A DNA stretch of 53,455 bases, the filler included, from Sphacelaria rigidula (Eukaryota), in the NCBI GenBank assembly GCA_964200075.2. It is 5 parts of 5 records of this genome, joined end to end, with 100 filler letters (N's around TTAATTAATTAA, not from the genome) between each part and the next. Parts side by side here need not be neighbours in the genome. Positions count along the whole stretch, not along the records: positions 21,424 to 32,034 come from CAXNAA020006202.1; positions 32,135 to 42,745 come from CAXNAA020006203.1; 3 more parts are not named here. One strand, 5' to 3'. The notes under the pieces were generated by a model. It made no database searches. It was not told the DNA's origin and worked only from the letters and a program-made list of their open reading frames with translations. How positions within the stretch are numbered: position 1 is the stretch's first letter; every line of letters begins with the position of its first letter. Both the position numbers and the translations under genes were made by a program. Below are positions 24,999 to 37,806 of this stretch, piece after piece.

Positions 24999-27184
24999 CA
25001 GTTATAGGCGCGCCTGACCCCCCAAAATGGGCAAAAAAAAGTGTCTCCGACCAAAACCACGAAAAGACACGAACAGATCGACTTTTGGGGCTTGTCTGGG
25101 CCCGTCGGGTAAAATACGCCTTACGTCATCGGAAGAGAACAACATAGATAAAAAATTTATAGAGAGAACCCTACCGTTACTTCCGTTGATGTTCCTCATA
25201 TACTGCATGCCACTGCGTCGCTTTTCGTCCGCGCTTGCGATACGCTGGAATGCCAGGAGGCTTGTTGGGTTGACCCAACCCAACGCACACCGAGAACCCT
25301 CGGGCAAGAGCGGTACATACATTCTCCAACCATAGTGAGGCCTTAGTAGACCCCAATTCTGCGCCTGTGGCGCCGATTTCAACGAAAACACGTTCTGCTT
25401 ACACGAGGAGCCCACGGGACTGTCAGTCCTACTCCTACTTGAATTCCGATTCTCGTTGTACACACTCAAACCAAGTAATATCAACCATGAACACTTGTAG
25501 CCCAACGCCGGTACAGTAACTTAAACCGGAACGCTGCACCATTTATTTTATGGAACGCGGATTGAAAATTGGGGCGAACTCAGATGCTCAATATGCGACA
25601 GAACCATATGTACTGATGAACTTCAATGGGGACGGCCCTTAAACCGGGTGTGTCCTGTAGGCTGGGCGGATGTTGGTCGACTTCCTCGTCATGTTTTGAG
25701 GAGTTTGATTTATCGGATCCGATCGTTCTATAATTTTAGCGGATGAATGACTCGCCCTGTGCAAGTGTATTTGTTGTTCCGTGGGTATGCCTTTTCATCG
25801 GACTCCCAAGATATCGTGTTCCAAGAGGGAATGAAAACAAACTGTCGGCCGTCACCCACCACTGCCGATACAACGGACGCGTGTCTTGGGACGGGTTGGT
25901 GCACTGAAAGACATGAATGAGGCTTCGGTGCCATGTGACTTCAGCAAAAGTGGGCCGGCGACTATGCTGTCTTTTGTGTCGTCTTGACGCAGTATAGTTG
26001 ACCATTCGGGAGGGTGAGTTGGTCCATCTTGATTTGAGTGTGAACACGGAAATCCGGATCTTTTCATGGGAGCTGTGCTCCAAGCATGCTCCTAGCATGC
26101 CCACAAAGCGTTCTTGTCTGAATCGGGTTCTGGGGCACCGATTTGAGGTCTGGCAACGCACACTTCGCTCAGGGAACACGTTGCACCCGCCTTGCCCGAG
26201 GATTCTCCGTATGCCCCTGTTGTCGTTGGGGTTAGGTTTGCCTTTATAATTTGTTCGCTTCGCTGCTGCAAGGTCGCAAAGATGATTGTTACTTTCGTTC
26301 GTGCGACCCATGATCATGTCTATAACGGCTGTTGGAGTGTATTGTCATTACGGATACTACTCTCTCTTCTTGAACGCCAGCTTGCTCTGTGGCTTTCTTT
26401 TCTTCAGTTCAGATTTTGTCCATACTTGCCGCCATCCAATCTACGCTATCGATGGTGGCGTGGTGATGGCATCGGGTGCAGGAGAACGAGCGCGACTCTT
26501 GGCACTATCACAAGCGATGCACAGATGAGGGTAAATATCTGCAGACACGGAAGCCTCTAGGGGTCGGGTCGAACGTTCAAATTTTACACCTGTCGAACAT
26601 TCCAGACATGCGATGTATCAACCATCTGCACTATCAAGAGTCATTCATGGGTGTAATCTATTCTGAGGCCCTTGGACAGGGGTGATGTGTTCGCATGTCG
26701 CGGAAAGTGGCGAGTGTTCAAGGCGCTTGTTTGGGCTGATAGCCCAATCTGTTTAAGAAAATACTCCTGACCAAGGTCATTGATGGGGAACGAATATTTG
26801 CACCACTTGCGCCAAAACCACGGCTACAACTTCGGCGCTTGGAATTTTTCAATTCACCAGCATCCGAGTTTTATAACGAATTAAGTGAAAAAAATATAGT
26901 TTTTTTGCGATTTTCTCGATCACCATAACTTCTTTCGCCAAACTGAGCACCGACATCGTAGCTTACACAAATACACGCCGGTGAGTGGCCGAGCCACGCC
27001 GTGGTTCGTACTCCGGGACGAGAAAACTTCGAAACCGTGGATTGGAAACCCCACTCGAATCGGAAGTGCTTTGGGTGATTTTACGGCGTGCAAATTCAGG
27101 GGATGAACAAGATCTGCAGCCTGTTTGTGCTTTTGGTCGGTGACACTTTTTTGGTTCATTTTGAGGGGGGCGCGCCCATAACTG
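24999..27184. mobile_element. 2.2-kb TIR element nested in the left foldback arm; superfamily unresolved
   Basis: ~60-bp imperfect TIRs starting CAGTTAT.GGCGCGCC; the host repeat unit resumes right after (caaaaaataccgcca); no clean TSD and no recognisable transposase. Confidence 0.7.
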
Positions 27185-29748
27185 TCAAAAAATACCGCCA
27201 CTCCACTGGAGGTGGACATCATGACCTACTGTATGCCCAAGTCCAGCGAATGGAATACCTATCCGCGTCTCCCCATGTGGCTTGTATCAACACCACAGCA
27301 GCTGCAATATACTCACACAGTCTGTAGCAACCGTTCAAGGCATCGTGGGGTGCAAAGCTACGCACGCGGGAGCAGTATCGCGATATTGTAGCCTTTGGGA
27401 CTAGATATACAACATTGGCCTTCTTCCTCGCAGCTCCTACAGCCCTGGAAATCGATTCACCGGTTGTGTGTCGAGGACATCGCCGGTGCGACGAAGAGAG
27501 GGTCGATTCATGCAGCCATCTTCGCGGCTGGTACGCGTCATTCGTACTTCGTACCCAATAACCCCAGATAACACGGGCAGCGTACGTAGATGACGTGCGA
27601 CGCGAGATAGCTGAGCAGCATTTACATTATTTCTAGTTTATTGAACACTGTCTGTAGATGCATGTTTATCACGCTGGCTAAAACCTCAGTGCATCGCTGA
27701 ACAAAGCGAGTAGAACGTACTAGCGGCAATCACCTGTTTGGCTTCTTGTCTGCAACGCGACCGCTATCAATAGCAAGCACATGATTACGTGCTCCCATGC
27801 CTCCAGCCAACATAGCTTACGTCCAAGTTGCCCAAGCCGCGTTTTTGACAAAAGCTATGTCCAAGTCCAGTCCGGTGCAGATGTCCTTTTTTGGTCGTGT
27901 GCAGCAGGCGCGTTTCTCCTGCGCTACCAGGCCGTCTGCACCCCACGATGGCTTGAACGGTGGCTACGGAACGCGTGAGTGTTTTGCAGCTGCTGTAATG
28001 TTGATGCGAGGCAGATGGGACGAGCGCGCACAGGTATTCCACTCGCTGGAGCTGGACATAAGCTATGTCCAACTCGCCAAATCGCGACTTGGACATAGCT
28101 TATATCCACCTCCAGTCGGGTGGCGGTATTTTTTGGCACTGTGTGCAGCAGGCGCGCTTGTCCGCCACGACGCCGTTTGCACCGCACGGTAGCTTGAACG
28201 ATGGCTAGGGACTGTGTGAGTGTATTGTAGCTGCTGTGGTGTCGATACGAGTCGCATGGGACAAGCCCGGACACATATTCCACCATAAGCTATGTCCAAC
28301 TCGCGACTTGGACGTAGCTTATGTCCACCTCCAGGCTGGTGGCGGTATTTTTTGGCACTGTGCAGTAGGCGCGTTTCTCGACCGCTACGACGCCGTTTGC
28401 ACCGTGCGATGGCTTGAACGATGGCTACGGACTGTGTGACTGTATTGTAGCTGCTGTGGTGTCGAGGCAAGGCACATGAGATGAGCGCGGACAGATTTTC
28501 CAACCGCTGGTGGTGGATATGGGCTATGTCCCACTCGCCACTTGGACATAGCTTGTGTCCATGTCCAGTCGGTTGGCGGTATTTTTTGGCACTGTGCAGC
28601 AGGCGCATTTCTCGACCGCTACGAGGCCGTTTGCACCGTGCGGTGGTTTGAACGATGGCTACGGGCTGTGTGAGTGTATTGTAGCTGCTGTGGTGTCGAT
28701 ACAAGGGACATGAGACGAACGCGGGCGGGTAGTCAAATCCCAGCTGGAGGTGTGGACATGAGCTATTTCCAAGTCGCGACTCGGACATAAGCTATGTCCA
28801 GGTCGCGACTTGCACATGAGCTATATCCAAGTCGCGACCTGGAAATAGCATTACCCTTTACAAACTCCTGAAAATCTAGGAAATCTCCGAAACAATTGTG
28901 TCGATAACAATAGCCCCAAGAAGCGGCCTAACAGTGTCAACATCTCACACGCGTCGCCAACAACTTCTACCACGACATAACAATTATCGACAAAAGAGTG
29001 TACAAATTGTGCCAGCAACGTCATCACTCACCATTTTCTCGGGTCCACTTTCAACATCCGTTCGAACATCCGTTCTCCTGGGGCAATGAGTCGCTTCTCG
29101 AATCCCTCTTTTCCCGCTGTTTTGTCAGGCCAGACCTCCAATGATCTGCACCCAGCTGCCGGCCACATTGAGCCGTGGTTTCGTCGCTGCTTCACACGAT
29201 GGTGAGAGACCGATATTTTGAACGTCAAAGCGAACATTTTTTGCCAAATCTGACACACACGTGCAAGTCATTGAGCCCACAACACCGTAGTATAATGCTT
29301 TTGTGGCAGAATGGGGGCAATGATCACAATCCTATGGCGACAGCGGCAATCTGCCGTGAACGCTAAAACAAAGGCGTGATTGCCAACCCCACACACTTCT
29401 AGCGGCGAAGAAGATAAAACGTCATGTCGCCAGCAGGTGACGATGAAGCAAAAAGCAACGAGCCCATATATCTGTACGGCCAGCTGCAGCATGTATAGAG
29501 CATGATCAGCCGAATGACGAAATTGCCGAGAACGATTCACACGCTCACGTTGAGCCCTTGCTCCCCACCACACTGAACTCCGTGTGAAACCAGAATTACA
29601 GTGTTTCTTGCTGATTTCGTGTACTCGTACTATTTGACAGCGCGTCATGGAAGCGGATAGCAGAGAAGGTGCGTTCAGTGAAGATTAATCCGCCATTTTT
29701 TGCCATGCTAAAATTTAAGTACGGCTGAAAATGTCGAAAACGACACAC

Positions 29749-29871
29749 TGTGATGCGTGGGAGGAACGCGTGCTTAGGGGACCACATCGGAGTCTGAACA
29801 CTCCTGCGGTCAGGGTCAGGGTCAGGTTCAGGGTTAGGGTTAAGGTTGGGGTTAGGATCGGGGGCGTGGTC
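29749..29871 (-). mobile_element. Telomere-motif MITE, diverged and interrupted
   Basis: One TIR plus the telomere-like tract; breaks at ggcgtggtc, where the putative LTR starts. Confidence 0.75.
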
Positions 29872-32034
29872 TGTTCATGTGAACAGGTACACTGAGTGAA
29901 CATGCACATGTGCGGATAGATTGATGCGAACGTGCGGGTACTGGTAATCGAGTGTGTGTGAATACAGTACCCCGCTCATGGCAGCTACCACGCTGCCTGC
30001 TGAGCTCACTCAACATCTGATCCCTCAGTCATAGGGTCGACTCAGTCTAGGCACTCTCCAACAATACAAAAAGATAAAAGTATCCATCCTTCGCCACGGG
30101 CCACGGAATACACTAGTGTTACAACCGGTTGGGCAGCATAGTAGAACAAGGTGGTAGGCCTGCAACAGAAATCGGTGAGCAGGGTGTTATGGAGCAGTTG
30201 CGGGAAGTAAGTTGTCAGATGGTTTCCATGGCTCAGCTCATGCGTGATATGCAGCTCAGCATAGCTACATTGCAGAGTAACATGGACAATATGAGGGCAG
30301 AAAGAGAGACCGGGGGCGCAGAAAACAACGGCGTCCTCGATAGTGAAGGTTCCCATAGTCAACAGGGGAAACTCGACATAAATAGAACGGTGGAGCGACA
30401 CGGTGCAGGAGTTCGACGAGAGCGACGGTACATCGGGAGCCAAGCTGTTCCAGAGGACGGAGCGCGCGACGCAATGGACAAGGAGGCCACCAGTGACGAA
30501 GCTAGGGGCTTTGTCCCCACACGTGAGTCAATCCAAATAAACGATACAAGTGGAAATGTGTCTGGGGTCCCCGCTTTTCGACAGAAGGTCCCAAAAATTC
30601 AGGGAAGGGCGCTGATTATGCTCGGTACATGCATGAACTGGTCAACTTCGCAAGGGGCGAAGGAATTGGCTGGGTGTTCACCATGGCCGGCGATAGTTCT
30701 TACGATGTAGACGTCGGTAATCCTGATATAGAAATGAGGCATCTAGAGAGAAGACATGGGAAGGACACAGTGGCAGCCAACGTGAGGGCCAGACGAATGC
30801 TTGTAGCTAGCTTAGAAGGAAGGAGGGAGCAAGAAATTTTGCTTAGAATCCACTCACATGCTGCGGTTTGGTGAAAACTCGAGGATGTATTTCGCCCCAA
30901 AACAAATGGGGCGAGAACCGCTTTGTTGGAAAAGTTTGATGGAGGTAAGATTGGTGTCCGTGATGATCCAGAGCAGAAGCTGCTCGAGATGGAGGAACTT
31001 GCACGTAACCTGAATTCATACGAGGAGCATGAACGACTAAGCGAAAACCATTTTCTCTTGAAATTCCTCAACGCGTTGCCTTTCGAGTATCACATCCACG
31101 AACAACTGCTCGAAGATCGAGAGGGACCGCTGACACGGGAGGTTGGGTTGACTTCGATCCGAAATCGCTTCGAATCAAAATCTTTGAAGCAAGAACTTAC
31201 CGGGGAAGGAAGTCATCCCCGGGCGACCAGGCTCTCCTCACCAGGGGTGGGACCGGAAAACCGAGCGGTGCGCACCGCAAGGGAAAACTGGAAAAATCCC
31301 AGGGCTCTGGTCAGAAAAACGGCGGGAGCCAGAGTTCAAGTAGCTCTGGGTTGGCATCGTCGGACGGCAAACCGGCGACTGGGCAGCTGCTCCGCTGCCA
31401 CATTTGCGACGAGAACACGACGCATCGAGCCAGGAACTGCCCGAAGAGATACTGCGGGATGTGCGGTCAGCAGGGGCACACGTTCTGGGACTGTCCGAGA
31501 TCGACAGCGAAGAAAGAAGACGCGGTGATGGCGATGGGCGCGGCCGACGACAGCGACAGCTCCTCCGTCTGTTCGGTGGCGGATGGAGAGGCTTTCACCT
31601 CTCTTTACACCACCATCAACGATGACACAGGCGAGTATGCTTTGAGTGTTGAGCGAGGGGGTGATAGTCAGCAGGGTGAGGGCGAACCGTGGGTATTTGA
31701 CACGGGGGCTACCCAGCATTTCTCCCACGATTCCGATGGGATGACGGAGTACAGAGAGTGCAAGGGTAGGGTACTACGGTGCGCGGGAGGTAGTACTTAC
31801 CCGATCGTGGGCAGAGAAATTTTGTCTCTTGCCTTCAGATCTGACGGACAGGATGTAATCCTAAAACTAGTGGATGTTGACCATGTACCTGGTGTCCGGC
31901 ATCACCCCTTGTCACTCACGAGGGTCCAACACATGGGACACACCTACACTGGTTTTCGTACAGGTTTCAGGGTAGATCTCAATTCAGGCAATACACTGAT
32001 AATAATCGGACAACCACGTCAACTCAGAATGTAC
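29872..32034 (+). mobile_element. Ty1/copia LTR retrotransposon, 5' part (putative LTR ~29872-30126, degenerate gag-protease)
   Basis: Starts with TG at the MITE breakpoint. Gag-like LLKFLNALPFEY, two zinc knuckles (CHICDENTTHRARNC, CGMCGQQGHTFWDC), copia-type protease WVFDTGATQH...HVPG. Truncated by the spacer. Confidence 0.85.
30189..32034 (+). pseudogene. Copia gag-protease pseudogene
   Basis: Split across ORFs 30129-30710, 30629-30874, 30923-31528 and 31351 onward by frameshifts and a stop at 30872. Confidence 0.8.
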
Positions 32035-32134
32035 NNNNNNNNNNNNNNNNNNNNNNNNNNNNNNNNNNNNNNNNNNNNTTAATTAATTAANNNNNNNNNN
32101 NNNNNNNNNNNNNNNNNNNNNNNNNNNNNNNNNN
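32035..32134. other. Artificial concatenation spacer
   Basis: Same N44-TTAATTAATTAA-N44 spacer. Confidence 0.97.
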
Positions 32135-32300
32135 CCCCCCCCCCCTCCCCCCCCCTCCGGCGGTCGTAGGATTCTTTTTTTCACATCAAGAGACACTAAA
32201 TGAAAAGCCCTTTTGGGGCGACTTTCGTGAGGTAACGCCCTTGGTTGTTGGCCCTATATGCCACCACAAGATGCGACGTGCGGTGGACGTAAAATGGCGG

Positions 32301-32648
32301 CACACGCGGCCATTGGCTACCCCCAAAAATGCCTCCGCAGGGATGAGCGGCCCTCGAGAGGCAAAACAAGCCTCCGGAGGCCTTTGATCCCTCTGGAGGA
32401 CAAAACATTACCGCTCTGGAGGGCCGCGCACCCCTCCGGAGGAATTTGGGGGTAGCAAAATGCCCCCGGAGGAATGCGCGGCCCTCCGGAGGCGAAACAA
32501 GCCTCCGGGGGCGTGGCCTACCTCTGGAGAAATCCAAAAACTACACCTCAAGAGGCGTTTCATTCCTCTGGAGGCGTTTAAACCCTCGGGAGCCTCAAAA
32601 CTTGACCGCTCTGGAGGGATTTCGGGGGTAGCCAAATGGCCGCGCGTG
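32301..32648. mobile_element. CACTA/EnSpm-like MITE
   Basis: CAC...GTG termini, ~35-bp TIRs (cacacgcggccattggctaccccc / gggggtagccaaatggccgcgcgtg), GG on both flanks, many CCTCYGGAGG motifs inside. Confidence 0.65.
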
Positions 32649-34300
32649 GGTGCAGAGAGATGCGTTTAGCTTGATTCAGCAAGCATTGCAGAGCATTATG
32701 GTATTCGTCTGGTCTTGTTCTTGTCGTGGAAGTGTGGTGTGCATTGTATTGCCGAAGCCCATAAATATCACTTGGCCTTACTCGGCTCCAAGTCGTCCGA
32801 AGAATTAAAGCTTCATTATCGCGATTTTTTATTTTTTCATGTACTTCTTATTTTTCTAATTTTCAATTCTTCATGTAGTTTTATTTCTATTTTTATTTTC
32901 ATTCATTTATGGGATTTAGTAACCCTCCCCCCCTCCCCTTTACCCCCCCCTGCCCCCCCCGAAAAACCCCAGGATTGAAAAAAGGGGCATGGGAGCTGGG
33001 ATTGTTTTTGGGCACCCTTGACTGAGGAGCAATTTTTTCTTGTGAACAACTTCCTGTGTAGGCTTTGATTTATCGCGACAAGATGCAACCCACTGCGATC
33101 GTTCAATCGCGGTGCATTGCAGGACATGGCGGCGTCTACGATCTTGTGTGACGGTAAAATTGCTTGCCTGCATCAACGCAGCGGCAGCCAGGCCAAAAGA
33201 GAAAATGGTTGCCTTCGAAGTTATTGTATGAGCACAATATATAGTTAATTTACCTAACCACGACTGCCATGAGTACAATACATTAGATCTCGAATGAGTA
33301 TGTACGAAGGATAAAGTGCCGGACCAATACTCCCCCCTCCCCTCCCCTCCCCTCCCCTCCCCGAACATCCTGTACATCAATATCCTGTCCAGAAGTGCCC
33401 AGATATCACAGTTAAGCGGCATCTTCGGAGGACGCTGCAGCGGCGGGGGACCTTCCCGATTGCTGCTCATTTGCATACATTTGTTTCTGCGCTACGACAA
33501 CTCAAGCGGCGGTGAGCAAGGCGATTGTGTGGTGGGGGACCTATACTTAAACACCCTCCCCTCCACTCCTCTCCCTTCCCCCCCGGCGACCCGTTGTCAT
33601 TTTCGGGCGCCGTTTGTTTTGGTACTTTCGAGGACCTGCTGATGAATGTGACGACTTCGCAGCTAAGTTTGGTGACTCCATTTATCGTGACAAGATGCAA
33701 TAGTGGAACTCACAGAAAAAGGCGTCAATCTCGCCGCGTCATCAATTTTTTAGCTTTGCGCAGCGAAAACTCTCTCTTTCGCCGCAGCCTGTCGCAGAAG
33801 CTGTGTATACTTTAGGCAACCTGAGCCACCAACCAAGTGTAAACTGCACTATCAAGTAACCTCGCTCCGCTAGTCTGATAAAAGGTAAGTTGCCTCCACA
33901 CTCCGGGGTCAAGGAACTTGTCTCGGCTATTCTAAAATCAAGTGACGTGGTTCACCTATACTCAGTTCGAGTAACTCGCTTCACCTGAACTGGCTTGTTT
34001 CACGTGTACTCCGATCAAGTAACTTGCCTCCCTGCTCCAAGATCAGGTGTGTTGTCTAAGCTAATCTATTATGAAGTGACGTGATTCACCGATACTCAGT
34101 TTAAGTAGCCCACCTCAGTCAGTCTGAGATCAAGTGCCATATTTCATATTTCACCTGCACTCTGACCAAATAACTTGCTCAAACTAATAAACTAAAGTCA
34201 AGTGACGAGCTTCACCTAGTCTCAAATCCAGTAACCGGTCTCCCTACTTCAAGATCAAGTTATTCGTTTGGTACGGGAATTGGGGTTTAAGTAGTTTAAC

Positions 34301-34444
34301 GTAGAGTTAGGGTCCGTGTTGGGGTCAGGGTCAGGGGCGTGATCCCTGCAGGGGCTGGCCCGATTGGCTTGAAAAACGTCGATCCTGAGGTGTCTTGTAC
34401 TACGTTGCGGTCCCCTAAGCACGCCGTCCTCTCACGCATCTACA
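34301..34444 (-). mobile_element. Telomere-motif MITE, partial
   Basis: Tract, CCTGCAGG core and one TIR. Confidence 0.8.
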
Positions 34445-34449
34445 GTATG

Positions 34450-34708
34450 ATCGCATTCCTTCACCTTTTGGTAGTTATTAACAACTACGGTACTACACAC
34501 CGCACAAATTTGGATTGCATACCAATTTCCCCAGAGTTGTGTTTTCACCCAGGACTCCAAAACTTCGTTTTTTGGGATCCCAATTTGTATGGCGAATAGC
34601 CGTTGTCAATGGCTACAAGTGGGTGAAGGAATGCAACGGTATTTCGATGAATTAGTGTGGATCCGAAGTTTTTGTTTATAATTTTCTGGGTTGTCATCCT
34701 CAATGAAA
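34450..34708. repeat. Diverged copy of the palindromic element at 44165-44495
   Basis: Shares ttcttcac...ggtag...actacac.ccg.acaaattt and the complementary arm. Confidence 0.6.
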
Positions 34709-35106
34709 GGCTCCACCCTCAGTTTTGATGATCGGCTGTTTGAGGCTAGTCCAGTACCGAGTGGATTGTGCACCTGTACCCAGTTCAAGCAGCTTGCCCC
34801 AGCTAGTAAGATCATGTGACAGGTTCCACCCATCCACAGTTCAAGTAGCTTGCCTCCCTGCACCTCAAGTTTCACTAACTTGTCCTCCCGACCAAGTACA
34901 GTATCAACTGCACACTCTAATGACTTGTGATATCAAGTGACTAGGTACACGTGTGTCCAGTTCAGATAACCTGCCTTAGCTCGTCTAAAACCAAGTGACT
35001 TGGTTCACCCATATACTCAGGTCAGGCATCTAGCATGAGCTAGTCCGAGATCAAGCGACGGGGTCCACTGATACTCAGCTCTAATAACTTGCCTCCCCCG
35101 CTGAGA

Positions 35107-35316
35107 TGTAATGCGTGGGAGGACCGCGTACTTTTTGGACCGCACCGTAGTTCAAAACACCCCAGGATCAACCTTTCTCAAGACCAATTGGGACAGTACC
35201 TGCAGGGACCATGCCCCCGGCCCTGACCCCAACACTAGCCTCAAATCCAACCCTGACAATAGGGGTGTTTAAGCTACGATGCGGTCCATAAAGCCGCGGT
35301 CCTCCCACGCACTACA
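35107..35316 (+). mobile_element. Telomere-motif MITE, diverged
   Basis: Both TIRs; flanks gaga / gcga (4-bp TSD with one mismatch). Confidence 0.8.
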
Positions 35317-37806
35317 GCGAAATCGCTTCGTGTAGGAATGCATGCGATCTAGCCCTATATAAGACTTAGCATACTTGCAGCGCCGAAGGTGAAAGAACGG
35401 TGTGGGTGCGAATCCTTTCTTGTCAACGCCCTTGGCGACTGCACAAACCATGTTTTGTTGACCTTTTTCTCATAAATATCACCGGAACCCATGGTTCGAT
35501 GATGTTGTGCGGGTGATCAATGTCTTCGTATCCTGGTCCTCTGCATTTCCTTCGTCACACCGCGTTCGGTTCCGGGTGTGAGTTAGAGTGTACCGCATGT
35601 GCCATCACTGCCAAGGCGATAACCCCATACGAATGATCACCATGCTGTCTACACTGTTCTCCCCCCAAATATATCCGGGCGGATGAGGGAATCGAGAACG
35701 TTTGAGGCAGTCCCAGCATACTGCATACCAAAGCAATACAGAACAGCTCACTGTTTAAAAATAGCCTTGGCAGGTGCTGGGCACCGATTTGTTAAACCAG
35801 GCGTTTTGTTCATGGAACCGCGTAGCGACGACTTGTCCCCGCCGCCCAGGACTTGACTTTGGTTGGTACTGTGACCGTCTCTGGGGTGTCCCCCCCTGTA
35901 CCCGAGGGTTCATGGTCTTCATTTCTTCGGGGCTATGGTCGGGGGAAGGATCAAGGTTGGGGTTGGTTTGGGCTGGATTGATGGTGTGATCAACAACAGC
36001 ACAAGGGCTTATAAGAATAAGGAATGGCACTTTGGATCAAACACACTTCGTTGTTGTAAACACCCACACTACAACGGTGGAGCCAGCATGCGTTAACGAT
36101 ATATATGTTGGCGGCGATAGTCGCAGACGTCTTTTCGTAACACCGACCTCACTTTCGTATCGTTGTGTCGTACTCTGTACAAGTGTGATATCCCTACTCG
36201 TGTATCGCTTGTTTCTTAGTACCCGCCTTATTAACTTCGATACCGAGTGACTCGTGAAGGCAAACAACAAAATCGACAAAAGGTCACAACGCTACAGTTA
36301 TGTGTTCAGGTAGGGCACTCTTGTCGGCATACTGTCCTTTTGTATCCCAAACCAGCGAAACGTCGTGAGTGTCCATGTACGTTCAGGTTACACAAACATG
36401 GCGACACGGTCGAGACGCTGGGTAGATGCGGGTCCGATATTGAAGCATAAGGTTTCGTTCAGACGTGTCCGCCCTGTCGTTTAATACGTATCTACTACCA
36501 ACACACACGACTCACCGCCAGTGTATTTAATCTCCACACCACACGCGTGCGCTTCTCACAGATCAAGCTGAGTAGGTACCACCCACCGTGATGCTCACGC
36601 GTTCTCCACTGTCCAATGTACTATATGTCGTGCTGTGGTGGATGGTGGTGTCGGGGACGAAGAGCAGGGGATATAATTTTACGTGGCTTTTTCCTGAACA
36701 CAGTTTTGCGAACCAAAAAATGTTTCTTTGGCCAATCAATCGCTGTTCTTGGCGAAATTATCCTCACGAATCACACGGCGGATTGGTCGACACGAAACAC
36801 GATGAAAAAGAGAAATTGCAGCCACTATGAGCATAGCTGTCTGTTTTCGACACTGTCTACAGCAGAGGTTGGGGGAAGGTGCTTATCCGTGACGCACCTT
36901 TGCTATTCGCACGTGAAGAAGGAGGAATCGTAACCTTTACTATCTTGGCCGCTCTGTGTCTTCACGAGCACGGAACTAATCAATGACGGTGAATAACACC
37001 CTACCCTGGTGATGATGTTTTCAACTTGAGTCTCGAAACGTTGACGATGCCGCCCACGCAACCTTGTTTTCCACTGAGAAGTAAACTAATGATCTTTATT
37101 AAACTGGAGTTCTGACAAGAAAGGGTATCACCTCACGTAAACATCAGATTTTCAAGCTTGGTCCCCCGCGGGGTGCCTTGCACCGTCGCCTTGGTTCAAC
37201 CACCAAACGGCACAAATCACGCCGCGATTTTGATTAGCTGCATGTTGCGTACTGTAGCAGCGTCATGTCTCGGCAAAAATCAAATGAATCCAAATCAGAA
37301 TATCCTCTCAAGTGCTGTGATTGACACGAAGTTTTAGGCAAATATGTTTTTGGTTCTCCCTCGGTCAGGAAGCTCCTATCTACGCCTGAAAGTCGAAAGT
37401 TATACGGTACGATGTAATTCAAATATCATGTGACAAGCGTGCCTGGACGGCAGTGTGAGCTTGCCTGGATATCAGTCGTGTCAGTGTAGGGTGTGTATAC
37501 CAACTTTTTTTAGGGGTTGATTTGATACTTGATATTTCTTCCAAATCGGCTTGATTTGATCATGATCAGTTGATTAAATCAACTAATCAACTACACGTCA
37601 ATTTAATCAACTAACTTGATTAGTTGATGTTTTTCGGTAAAATTTAAGCAGCATTCAAGCCAAAAATCGGCTGAATTTTGTCGTGTATCAATGTAGAGCA
37701 CACGAGCACGCATGCGCAAGCCCACAACAGCAGCACAGCAGTATTGCGCTCAATATTTCAGCTCAACCTGTTGCATCGGGACACAAACACCCCATCTTAC
37801 TGCTCT

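Larger units (their letters stand above)
23585..28856. mobile_element. Foldback, probably Mutator-like, non-autonomous element with nested insertions
   Basis: TIRs gggtaatgctattcccaagtcgcgac / gtcgcgacctggaaatagcattaccc; flanks tttacaaca / tttacaaac (imperfect 9-bp TSD). Arms are ~240-bp tandem units in inverted orientation (24569-24998 plus 27185-27350 versus 27810-28790). Confidence 0.7.
33832..35100. repeat. Degenerate ~29-bp minisatellite in two blocks (33832-34262, ~34740-35100)
   Basis: TCAAGT(A/G)AC-like cores near 33852, 33909, 33938, 33967, 34015, 34043, 34072, 34101, 34130; interrupted by two insertions. Confidence 0.7.

Noticed and set aside
24287..25147. 286-aa ORF, and its mirror 28063-28788 (241 aa)
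   Set aside because: Read-through of the inverted 240-bp repeat arms; it crosses element boundaries and has no recognisable domain.
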